Shown here one piece after another: positions 33,021 through 44,490 of a stretch of DNA of 64,000 nucleotides (positions are counted from its first letter, which is position 1; each line of letters begins with the position of its first letter). Source of the DNA: the human T2T-CHM13v2.0 reference genome, Homo sapiens; NCBI RefSeq assembly GCF_009914755.1, contig NC_060932.1; one strand, given 5' to 3'. A program made the translations under genes and the position numbers. Below the pieces are notes generated by a model that was not told where the DNA came from, did not search any database, and worked only from the letters and a program-made list of their open reading frames with translations.

Positions 33021-33330
33021 CCCCGACACTTCGGGGCCCTCCCGCTACGCGCACTCTTTCTCCTCAGGTCCTGACACCTGGGCGCCCCCTCCCTGTCACC
33101 CACCTTCAGCTCCAGCCCTGACTCTCGGGCGCCTTGCCACCCTTACGCTCCCCGCCCCGCCCCGGTCCCTCGGGCGCCCCCACTCGCCGCCTCTACCTCC
33201 CTACCTGCTACACCTGGCACCCCTGCCCCCACCCCTGCTCATACTCTTCCCCCGCCCCCGACACCTCGGGCGCCCCCTCACACGCTCCTATTCTCCACAC
33301 TTCCGTCCCCGAAAACTCGGGCGCCCTCTC
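33021..33330. repeat. Degenerate minisatellite-like array, consensus CCCGACACCTCGGGCGCCCC, ~47-bp period
   Basis: Seven copies at ~33022, 33070, 33117, 33161, 33208, 33257 and 33308, separated by pyrimidine-rich spacers. Confidence 0.7.
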
Positions 33331-34484
33331 CCTTCACGCTCAGTCTCTCCTCCCTCCCCGCCCGGCCCCGGACCCAGCCTGGAGATCGCGCTCGGGAGGG
33401 GCGGCTGCCGCCCGCGGGGCGCCCGCGGTGCCCGGGCCTGGGCAGCGAGGAGGTGACGCCGCCCCCGCGGGATGAGCCCGGGAGGCGGAGGGGCGGAGGA
33501 GGTGCTGGCGGCGGCACTGAGCGGCGGCGGCGCAGGGCGCGCGGGCCTTCCGCGCCGACTCCATCGACCCAAGGGGCGGCGGCGGTGGCGGCGGCTGAGC
33601 GACCCTGGGCCGGGCGCGTGATGAGGAGGGGCCGGCGCCAGACCCCGCTGCACGTCGGAGCTCGCCTGGATCCGGGCGTTGGCAGCCGAAGGGCCCTGGC
33701 CCCGGGACTCTCCGCCGCTAGCCCCCGTCATATCTTCTCCGCTTTCGCTTCTCCACTCTAGCCGGGGGTGGGGTGGGTGGGGTTGGGGTCTCCGCGGGGG
33801 TTTCCGGCCCCGCGGCCCGCTCCCGGGTGTGCCTGGAGGAGTTCTCCCTCTGTGGCGCGCGGGAGCCCTGTGATGCGTCAGCCGGCGGGACGGCTGAGTT
33901 GCTTCTCCGGGAAACCGTCCTCGCTTCCTCACGACCCTCTCGGCTCCCGCCTGGGTGCCCCTCGGGCCGGCAGTACTCCGCCTCCGGGCGCTCGAAGCGA
34001 GTTCCCCGGGGGCTTGTTCGCAGGCACCCCTTCCCCTCCGAGGCGGCGCGCGCGCTCCCGGCCCTGACCGCGGCCGGACACACTCGCGCCCCGGTCCGCC
34101 TGTCGCCCTCCCGCCTGCTCCCTCCAGTCACCCCACCCTTAGCTGTCCCCGCCACCTTACTCCACCACCCTCCCCCGCCTCTCCGCGCACTCCGCGTCCC
34201 GGCCTCCAGTTCCCCTTTCCCTTGAACCGCTCACTTCACAGCCCTTCGCCCCCGGGAAGAAGAAACATTTCCCGAAGCGCACTCCTCAGCCCTCCTTCCC
34301 CACGCGCTCGCCCTCCCCTCCCCCTGCTTTTCTTGGGGGAGGGGGGCTGTCGCCTTGGATTGAAGGCCATTGATTTGTATGTATTTGTCCCAGCGCTGGA
34401 GGCTGCCCCAGCCGCCGCGCCGGTGCCGCCGCTGCCAGTGGAGTTGCCTCCCCGCTTCCCTAGGGTGGTTCGGCTCCACCAAAC

Positions 34485-34660
34485 ATGTCGGCTCCTGTCG
34501 GGCCCCGGGGCCGCCTGGCTCCCATCCCGGCGGCCTCTCAGCCGCCTCTGCAGCCCGAGATGCCTGACCTCAGCCACCTCACGGAGGAGGAGAGGAAAAT
34601 CATCCTGGCCGTCATGGATAGGCAGAAGAAAGAAGAGGAGAAGGAGCAGTCCGTGCTCAA
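34485..34660 (+). CDS. RIMS2: RIMS2 (RIM2-alpha) first coding exon, N-terminal Rab3-binding helix; 58 codons + 2 nt, phase-2 intron follows
   Basis: ATG at 34485 (aaacATGt) translates to MSAPVGPRGRLAPIPAASQPPLQPEMPDLSHLTEEERKIILAVMDRQKKEEEKEQSVL, the recognisable RIM2-alpha N-terminus with the RIM-family PDLSHLTEEERKII motif; ends at donor AA|GTAAGG (GT 34661-34662); lies in a CpG island. Confidence 0.97.
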
Positions 34661-37600
34661 GTAAGGACCTGGCTCCATATTCCCGCCTCTCTCCCTGCCC
34701 TCCGCCCCCTCGCCCACTGCCCTGCGGCCGCCTGCGCGCCCCAGTTCGCCGCCCTCCCTCCCGCTGGCGGCGCCCAGGCCACGAGGGCTGCGGCCAGCGC
34801 CGGCCGCCCGGGCTGTTTTAGGGGTGTCTGAGAGCAGGGGTGTGTGTCGGGGAGGGAGGGCGCCAAGGCCGGCTGAGGTGAGGGTGGCGAGCCTTAGGGC
34901 GGTGTGATTTTCCTTGGCGCCTTTCCGGATTTCCTCGCTGGTCATCTTGGCTCCGGGGCCCCAGCGGGACTGGGGCTGAACCCAGGCTCTGTGCGTACCC
35001 TCTCCTTTCCCGCCGCGCTGAGGCAGTGACTGGGGCACAGAATCCAATATGGCCGTGCACAGGTGCTCCCTGGACGGACCCGGGCGAAGGCGCGCTGGCA
35101 GGGGATGCGGACGCCACCCTGGTCCCACGCCTCCGCGGGGCGGCTCTACCAGCAACGCGGGACAGAGCAGGGCTGCCCACAGTGGCTGCGAGCAGCGGGC
35201 GGCGGCGCGGGCTAGGGGCCTAAGCTCTGTCGCGGTCGGGTGGGTGTGCGTCCGCCGCCATCTTCCAGCCCCTCCCCCTCGGCGAGTGCTAACACCCTGC
35301 ACTCTGCTGCTCTTCCTGTTTGCAACTAGTAAATCTGTTTAATCCTGAAGAGACTCCAGTTCCTACCATCACTGCAGTTTGGGATGCTCCCTACCTTGTG
35401 AAGTTCTACTATTCTTGCTCACGGTCTTGGCAGGCCGGGTTTTTCTGAGGGTGGTAGGAGTGAAAGCAGCACCCAGGCATGCGTTTACCGGCTCTGGAAC
35501 TTCAGCACCAGGGAACTGTCCAGACAGGGTTATCTTTAGCTCTGAGACTACTTTTCTGGTTAGCGTAGCAAAGAGATTTGTTTCTACAAGGTTTGCTTTT
35601 GAATGTTTTATGGTTATTTGATTTCTCAGTTACTTTGTGAAAGAGGTTATTCAGAAGATGTGTAACCTTTTTATGTTTTTCCAGCTTGGCTTTTTTCTTT
35701 TTACTTGAAATGAGTTATTCAGATGATTCTTTTGCGTTTTGTCAAGTATACGTTTCCCATATTCTCCACAGAAATATACAATTGAAAGTGTAGAGTTCCT
35801 CTGTGAAGGAACTAATACACTCACCTCTATTCAGGTACATTTTAAAAGCAGGTTGTTGAATTTAGTAGTCTTTCATGTACTAATAAAGAAACAGGTTTCA
35901 TTGTCAATAGGTATATATTTTCATATTTTAATGAAAAATACCACTTTAAATAATTTATAGTAGCAAACATCAAATATTCACAAATCTTAGAGAAAGATAC
36001 TATTTCTCACAAAATATTGAGTGGCTAAAAGAGCAAATATGTTCCTGAAATAACTGAAATTAAGAATGTCTTCATGAAAGCTAATTTCTGGCGTTGAATA
36101 CTTATTTGGGAATGTTATTTATTAACAGCCTTCAGATATGAAGAAATTAAGAGACTTAAGCAGTTTACTCTAACTAATAGAAGAATAAAGCATTATTTTT
36201 AGAAGCTTTTTGAGCATACTTCTTACTGTGCTTAACTTTTTTTTTGTATACTAACAATGCCAAGCTTTTGATGACTTGCAGTTTGATATTTAAATATGTG
36301 AACTTAATGCCTTTTACTATAATTGATAAAAATCAGTGCGGCCAAAATGATGCTCCAGTAAAATGTAGTTTTATTTTTTTGACTTACCTATTTAAATGTA
36401 AAATGTGTTTTTATTTCTTCATAGTAGAAATACTATGTGGCTAGTTCACTGTAGTTCTAAGTTTATTTGTTGTTTTAATATAGAAATTTAAGTGGACTTT
36501 AAGTATTAGGATTATTCAAAATGAACAGTATGTTAGGAAGATGTTGTAAAAGGGTTTTTCAGGTAGCTACATATGTATATATTATTTCTGTATGTAAACC
36601 TACATACTATTCAATACATATAATATTTACATATTCATATTTCCATAGTTTAGATAGAAACAAATGTTCTCTAAATACATATTCATACAATCTATAAAAT
36701 TACATTGATGAAAAATATATATTCAGATTTATTTTAAATATTTGTTTGCATTGCTACCTAACTTAGTCTTAGAAAGGAGTCTTACCTCAAAATGGCTTTC
36801 ATGGTTTCACATTCTTGTTATATTTATTTTAACAAAAAGTTATTTGGAGGTTAAAGCATAATATATTTGGACATTTGGTTTTAAATGTTCTTAATTTTTT
36901 TTTAACGAAAGAGTAGGCAAGGAAATGAAATGAATAGACTTTATAATGGAATTATAGTAATGAGAGACAAATCATTTTGAAGATTTTGACAGTTTACTAA
37001 ATAATACATTATCAATATTGGGTATTAAATTACAAATACATAAGAAAAATAATACTAACGGTCTTCAATGGTTACTATTTCCCATGAAGTTTTAGGGTTC
37101 GCTTACCTAGTCATTACTATCCTTTGTTTCTTTTTAGTGCTGTTCATTACATTGAAAATTAACATGTATTTTAAGAGTAGAGAGAAAAATAAACTGAAAT
37201 TTAAATGCATGTCTGCTGCCTTTTAACATTTATGTTAAAAAATACATTTGATGTGTGAAGATACTGCAATGGTTAGATAAAAATATTTTTGCATGATCTG
37301 TGAGTTTCAATGTTCATATTAAGTATTCATGCAAAGTGGAGAGAAAGAAGGAATTTGAACCTTATTAATATTTAATATATAGATGACAATACCTAGATGC
37401 ATATAATTTTAAATATGCATGTAGTGAAAGATTCATGCTTGAGATATTTTTAATAAGAGAACTGAGTGATCAAAACTGAGACCATTACTGTTATCTCTCA
37501 CCTTAGGAGCCTGAATAATTAAAAGCTATTCCTAATTATTAGTAATTTCCTCAAAGTCCAGCTGAACATCCACATAGGAAGTCTATCATCATCAAATAAT

Positions 37601-38413
37601 ACCATTTTACATATGAGCGAGGTACTATAATTTTGGAAGCATTTAAAAATCTCAGTAGAACCCTAATCAGTAATTACTTTAAAGAATCCTTTCATGTATT
37701 GCTGTAGCAGTTTAAATTTGGCTAATTCAATTTATCAGTAAAATTTATAATGTCCTTTTACTGACTAATGTTTTTTTTTCAATCTTCCAAGACATCTGAA
37801 TGATTAATGTTTTTAAGTCTTGTCTTTCAAGATTGTAAACTTCTTGAGGGCAAGAATCAAAATTTACCCTTTTTTTGAGTTTGTGTTTTGCAGCATCCTT
37901 AACACCTGCACGTAATAAGTACTTAATAAATTGTGTTTATTTAAATTGTGGTAATGTTAATGAGGTAGCTTATCAATTTTGTGGGACAATGAGGAATCAT
38001 TGTTTGAAAGAAAAACATAATTTATTAAAAGTTGAATTTCCAGTGGGTTTTTGTGTAATTGTGAAAAAATGTCTGAGGAAAGCAAACCCACTAAATCAAT
38101 AGAAAAGTATTCAGTAAATACTGAGTTTCTAATATGTACATATCATAGCCTTTCAGATAAGCTTTTTGTAACACAAATTAGAAATTATGTGTTTCTTGAT
38201 GTGTATATTTTCATTCATAGTTTAGATTTTCTGTTAAAGGGTTAATTTGCTTCCCAAATAAAGGAAGGCAATAAGTAAAAATTTTCCTGATAGGTTAGGA
38301 TAACAATTAGTATATATTTAGCACATATATAGTGAGCAGTTCTCTATTTTTTAAAATAATTCAATTTTAAAAGTATTTTCTAAAGTTAATTTATAAAATT
38401 TTGAAATAAAATC

Positions 38414-38752
<339 letters not shown>

Positions 38753-38759
38753 AAATTTC

Positions 38760-39660
38760 TTAGCTACCTATTTCCCCTACCCAGAGCCAACTACTGTTAC
38801 TAGTATATTTTATATTGTATACTCTTCTAGAGACAGTCTATGCATAAGAATAAATACATGTGTATATATAATATTGTGTGTGTCTGTATATGTGTGTATG
38901 TGTGTGCTCATACATGTATGTATGGATGGATGTAAACGTAAAAACAGAAATGTGTCCTGCAGTTTGCTTTATAAGAGGTCAGTTCCACATCTGTGACTGT
39001 ATAGCTGCCTCGTTAACCTTAATGGATATAGGATATATACTATCCCTTTTAATGAATATTCTGTAATTTCTTTAACTAGTACCATATTTGTGGGTATTTA
39101 AGTTTTTTTCTAAGTATTTTGTCATTAGAAATTTTTAGTATTTATCACAGTATTATCTGTGATAAATATCTTCGTACATGCATTTCCTACATGTATGAAT
39201 GTATATTTGAGACAGATTCCTAGAAACAAAGTTGTTGGGCCAAAGGGTTAGTATATTTTAAATTTAATAAATATTGTGAAATTTACTTTTGTAGAGGAAG
39301 TGTGTATAAGTGGTGTGTACTAAGGGGACTTTCCCACATCCTCGCCAACTCAGTGTATGGCAATCTTTACCAATGTTTCAATGAAAAAGATGCCACTGTA
39401 GACTTATTTGCAATTTTCTTGTCAGAAAGATTGAGAGCCTTTTTAAAAAAATTTGGTTACAGCCATTTGTATTCCCTTTTCTATTAGTAATTTTTAGTGA
39501 TTTGTGGAGGCTCTCTTACATGTTATTTGTTTTAGGACCTTGTTTATGCCTTTTTTACTGGTCACGATTTAAAAAAATTGAATTTATTGTAGTTTTGTTT
39601 TATGGATTTTGAGTTTGTGATCTTCTTAGAATGATCTTCCCTATTCTAGTATTTTTAAAA
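38760..39660 (-). mobile_element. Old L1M(E)-type fragment
   Basis: AGATTCCTAGAA...GTTGGGCCAAAGGG, TTCCCACATCCTCGCCAAC, TTTGCAATTTTCTT resemble an antisense L1 3' region. Confidence 0.65.
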
Positions 39661-40034
39661 AGTACCAATTGAATCATGAATACTTTTAAATAAAAATTGC
39701 ATATGTAAACCACTGTTGCCATTGCCAAAAAAATGAAAAACTATAGTTTTTAAGGATTCAAAATGCATTCTAAAAAATTGATTGACATTTTATAAGAAAA
39801 CAAGCAAACAAAAAATTGACTTATATTTTATGAAAGAGTACCCAATAAATTTATATATATTCTATTTTGAAATAAGGGCAATTAAATAATATCTTCCTCT
39901 TGACAATAGATTTTGATAAAGAACTAATTATATTGTGCGATGAAGAAAGAGATAGTGGAAGCAAGTGTGATAAACCAGATGAACTTTGACTTGACACCTT
40001 ACTTTACTAATTAATAATGGTAACGTTTTGCTTA

Positions 40035-40181
40035 TATTATTAAACTCTGAGTTTCCTCATCTATACTATTTGAGTAATAACACCTATTTTGAAGGATTGT
40101 GATTGTTATTATTAAACTCTGAGTTTCCTCATCTATACTATTTGAGTAATAACACCTATTTTGAAGGATTGTGATTGTTAT
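40035..40181. repeat. Perfect 72-bp tandem duplication inside a MIR (~39950-40230)
   Basis: 40035-40106 is identical to 40107-40178, with a further 3 nt (TAT) of match. Confidence 0.95.
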
Positions 40182-43100
40182 AGACTAAGTATCCTGGCAT
40201 AAGTAGTGGTGCAATAAATAATCATTATTGTTAACTGACATAGATAGCACTCTTTAAACCTTATCATAGGATTGCTGGGTGAAATTTTCTTATTTTCTAA
40301 AAATTGAGAGATTCTTTTCCTTGTCTATTATGAAGTCAAAATATGCCAGGAGGGCTTTTAAGCGACTTCATTATTTGTTTAGAAGACTAGGGATGGGGAG
40401 AGGGTGGGTGACAACTTGAAAATAGTTTCCTCAGCAAATACCATTCTTAAGGAGCCTGATAACTAAGACATAGCAGTGAAAATAGCACTGACATCAAGTT
40501 ATTGGTAATCGGCAAGATACTGATAGTCAAAGGTGAATTGAGGGGACTTACTTGTGGAAACTACTTTGTAATTGACTTTAGATTTGCCTTGGTTAAACTT
40601 TTTACTCTATTATTTAACTAAAATCTATATTTACCTATTTGTCTTATTCACATTGTATCTAAGAACCCAGAGAACCGTATTAGGTTAAGCTAATTCTGAA
40701 GTATGGTTATTGAGCTTAGAATGCTGATCTTCACATCGCCCCTCAAATACACTTAAGCTTTGTATGATTGCCGGTTTCTCATCCTTCTGGCTTAGCTTCA
40801 AATTTGGATCTTTAGAGAGCTCTTTTCTGACCACTCTTTCTTATGTAGATTCTCTCCATTATTCTTTATAACAATACCTTTTATATTTCCCCAATTATGC
40901 TTATCAAAATTTATAATGATTTATTTACTTGTTTATGGTCTGTCCACTCTGCTAGATTATCAACTCAAAGAGAGCACACACCATGTCTGTTTTGTTCACT
41001 AATGCAGCTTCAACTTCTAATGTAATACAATGCCTTACACATAGTAGTACTCAAAAATATTAATCGGGTGAATGAACGCACATTGGGAATGAAATATTAT
41101 GTTCATCTAGGTGGTACAAACCTTCAAGGTGAACTCCAATAATCTTAAAAAAAGATTTGCTTATGTAGTAGTGTCCTTATTTTTGAAATCAAATGTAATT
41201 TTTAAACATGCCTAATTTTGCTTATTTTACATGGAAGGAAACTTACAGTGTTTGTGTATGATTGCAGCTTATCTTTCTTTTGGACTAAGAGCATATCTTT
41301 TTTGACTAGAAACTAGAAGAACATTGTGATAGATATCATTTTTAAATTTAAGGAATATTAGGAATTAGGGAAAATTTGGCTGTAAAAGTGATCCTTTAAG
41401 AGAATTGATACATTTCCATTGTGTTTAGCACAGATGAGTGATAAAGAGTACACAGAAGGCTTTGGATAGAAATAGTTCATGCCCTCCAGGGACAGATAAT
41501 CTAAGGCCAACCATAATCATATGAACACATAAAAATGTAAAGTGTCATGAAAAAATACTGTAAAGGTGTTTTTAGTACATTATAACCATGGTAAAAAATA
41601 TGTCAGACTAATCTTACTAGTAGTTTATTGCCTCTATGGTATTGTTTGATTATATTGTGTTATATTACATGGTGTCACATAGTTTTTCCTGTTAAAATAT
41701 CTGAAAGTTTCACTGCTAGATATTAAAAACTTTTGTATTCTCTAGTCACCTAATGAAATACAGATATCTCTGGGAGTTGAAATAATTTTAACCATTATCA
41801 GGTAATTCTTAAGGAGCTCATTGTAAGAAACGTGATAAACCACATGAAAATTTTGCATGGTAAGTACCAGGAGACTACTGTGCACTACAGTGTATCATGG
41901 ATATATTTTACAAGAGGAGCACGTGATTCAGTCCTGGGAAGATGCCATCTAGGCTGAATCTCAAATGATGAGTAGATGTTAGCTGGGCAGATTGTTCTCT
42001 AAGCAAAAATCTTAAAACTCCCAATTCCTCTTTGCCCCCAAAACCTTTCATTTGTTAAAAAAAAAAAAAAAAAGAAGACGATGCAGGACATGGTCAAGAA
42101 GTTTGCTTGAAGTGGTTCAGAAGAGCACAGATTTAAATGGTGATGCGTCAATAGAGGAGACTGGAGAGATGGCAAGGTTCAGAGCCTAAAAAGCCTTCTA
42201 TGCTATTCTTTGGATTTGGCAATAGGGAGTCATGGAGGGATTTTAAGCAGTGACACAATATAATTAGACTTCTGTTGGAACAAAAACCACTCTCATTTAA
42301 TAGATTGGTTAGAAGGTGTAATACTAGAGATAAAGGCACTATTTAGGAGATTCTTACAGTAATCCAGGTAATAAATGATGAAGACATGAAATAAGGCAGT
42401 AGAGGTGGAGGTGGAGAGTCAAGACAAATTTTTGAAAAATTGAGGAGCCAAAATTGCCAGGATTTGACAGCTGTGTGTTAAGGGTCAGGTAAACTCTTAT
42501 GATGCCAGACTTGCGTAACTGACTACTGTACATAATATATATCTGCCTGTATCTGCTTATCTCACTTATAGTTAGCTCTGTGAAGTCATCTGGTCCTAGG
42601 ACCAGTGTTCTCTTGAGGGAGCAGTTGTGAAGTGGCTTATTTTATTGTTTTAGTTATTCTAGAGAGTTTGTAGCATTAATATGAGTAATAGAAGTGACTA
42701 TAACTTGGTATAATGGGATGGTAGTAAAAAGGACCAAAAGGGACAAAGAAGAAAAGAAAGGACAAAGAACAAAGGGGAGAAAGTAAGATTAGGGCTCTTG
42801 GAATCCATTCATAATTAGAAGGAACCCTTCTTAATAGCTTATAAAATTTTTTCTACTGGGTATATTCACACCATGTAATCTTTTCAGAACTTCAGGACTA
42901 TCATCCTTTTACTGAATATTCCCTACTCCCATTGATAACTTAGTCTCAATGAATTTCTCACCCTCTGGTTTTATTTCATTCTTTGTGTATTTTAAACTAT
43001 CACACAATCTTTGTTTTATATGTTAGGCTTAGCAAGGACAAATTTCCTTCCCTGTATATATTTCTGTATCACCTCTAAGGGAATTTTGGAAATATGAGTG

Positions 43101-44009
43101 TATTTTAGGAAAATATAGAGAGGAGATTAGTTATGGAAATGACATGTGGAAGTTGGTGAAGATTCTGTGCATCTTTATATTAGCTTACTGAATTATTGCA
43201 GAATTTCAGAAAGTGCTTGTATTATAAAAGGGAGATAAATTTTATTGGGTTTTGTGATGGGAAGCTCCAGAAATAGGAATTGAGGTAGAGTTATGGAAAG
43301 GGGAAAGTTAAGAAAAGGTTTACACAGGAGTAATATATTATTTTACCTACTTTCTTTCTAATACGGGTAACCTACAAAATTGAAGACAACTAGATAGTAT
43401 AAATTAATTGGTCAAGAACTAACAACTTTAATACAGTTTATATATTATGAACACATATCTATATTATATATACCTGTCAAAACTCTTACTTTTTGTACAA
43501 TATAGTGCTAGCTAAATGCTTTTTAAGGCATTTGGAATTAACAACTTTTGTATAGTTACATGGTTATAAACATTTAGTATTTTTATATAATACAAATACT
43601 TTGATAGGTTCTGCTAAACAGAGGAACTGGATAAATGCTCCTTTAAGGCACAGGAGGAATGCCCTTTAGCATTTTTTTCTTCCAATCAAGCTTATGTTCA
43701 GCTCGAAGAGACAAATAGTTTGGTAGTTTCTTGTATCCTGTAACTAGGCTTCTGGGAGGCTAAAACTAGGGGAAAAGGATACACTAAACAATATAACTGG
43801 GTAGCAGAATAACCACAATGGTGTTTGGTGCTTTGGTATTGTTCAGTTGACAGATGGAGGTGGTGCTCACATTCATCTTGTTTTGTTGGCATATTTGGTA
43901 TCTGTTATCATTTTTATAATAGTTTGCTTCCCAGGCACATAGATGAAAATCTGTTTTATCACACATAAAACAGTCTTCAATCTGAAAGAATTAATTAATA
44001 CTTCTATTA

Positions 44010-44490
44010 GCACACTTATTTTTCTCACTGGGCCAAAATCTAGGTGTAGGTAGGGCCGCATTTCTTTCTAGAAACTAAAGGAGGATTGTTTCCTTGCTCA
44101 TTTGGGTTGTTGAAAGAATTACGTTCTTTAAGTTATAGGACCGAGATTCTTGTTGGCTATTCAGCTGAGGGCTGTTCTTACCTCCTAGAGGCCTCTTTCT
44201 GGTACTTGCACATAACTTGCTATATCTCTGAACAAGCAGTGGGGCATTTTGAATCTTTATTGCGATGCCGTCTCTCTGACCTTTCTTCTGTCATTGCATC
44301 TCTCTCTGCCCACGACTAGGAAAGATTTTTTCTCTTTTAAGAACTCATGTGATTAGCTTGAATTCACCCAGATATTCCGGAATAATCTTCTTATTTTAAT
44401 CATATCTGTAGAGTTCTTTTTGCCATATAAGGAAACATATTTATGTGTTCCTGCAATTAGGACAGAACATCTTTGGGGGGCCATTTATTC
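44010..44490 (-). mobile_element. MLT1 (ERVL-MaLR) LTR
   Basis: GGTAGGGCCGCATTTCTTTCTAGA...TTTCCTTGC...GAACTCATGTGATTAG...ACATCTTTGGGGGGCCATT. Confidence 0.7.

Larger units (their letters stand above)
32240..35300. promoter_or_regulatory. CpG island / RIMS2 promoter
   Basis: Abrupt rise in GC and CpG density against CpG-depleted flanks; GC boxes (e.g. CCCCGCCCCGCCCC ~32409-32423), GGC runs at ~33500-33595; contains exon 1. Confidence 0.95.

Noticed and set aside
33021-33330. Repeat-spacer pattern superficially resembling a CRISPR array
   Set aside because: The repeats are degenerate, the spacers are low-complexity C/T tracts, there are no cas genes and the context is a human CpG island; kept only as a motif array.
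32246-35342. Many overlapping 100-290 aa ORFs on both strands
   Set aside because: Expected from stop-codon scarcity in GC-rich DNA; Pro/Arg/Gly/Ala-rich with no recognisable domains. Only the RIMS2 frame is supported.
35811-35840. Branch + CAG|GTACAT as a recursive splice site
   Set aside because: The regenerated donor is weak, the site is only ~1.2 kb into the intron, and such motifs occur often by chance.
41746-41801. 56-nt pseudo-exon (TTCTCTAG|...CAG|GTAATT) with in-frame stop
   Set aside because: Pseudo-exons are abundant in AT-rich introns and there is no distinguishing regulatory context.
42005-42075. Short segment plus A-run inside an L2 as a micro-retrocopy
   Set aside because: No convincing target-site duplication.
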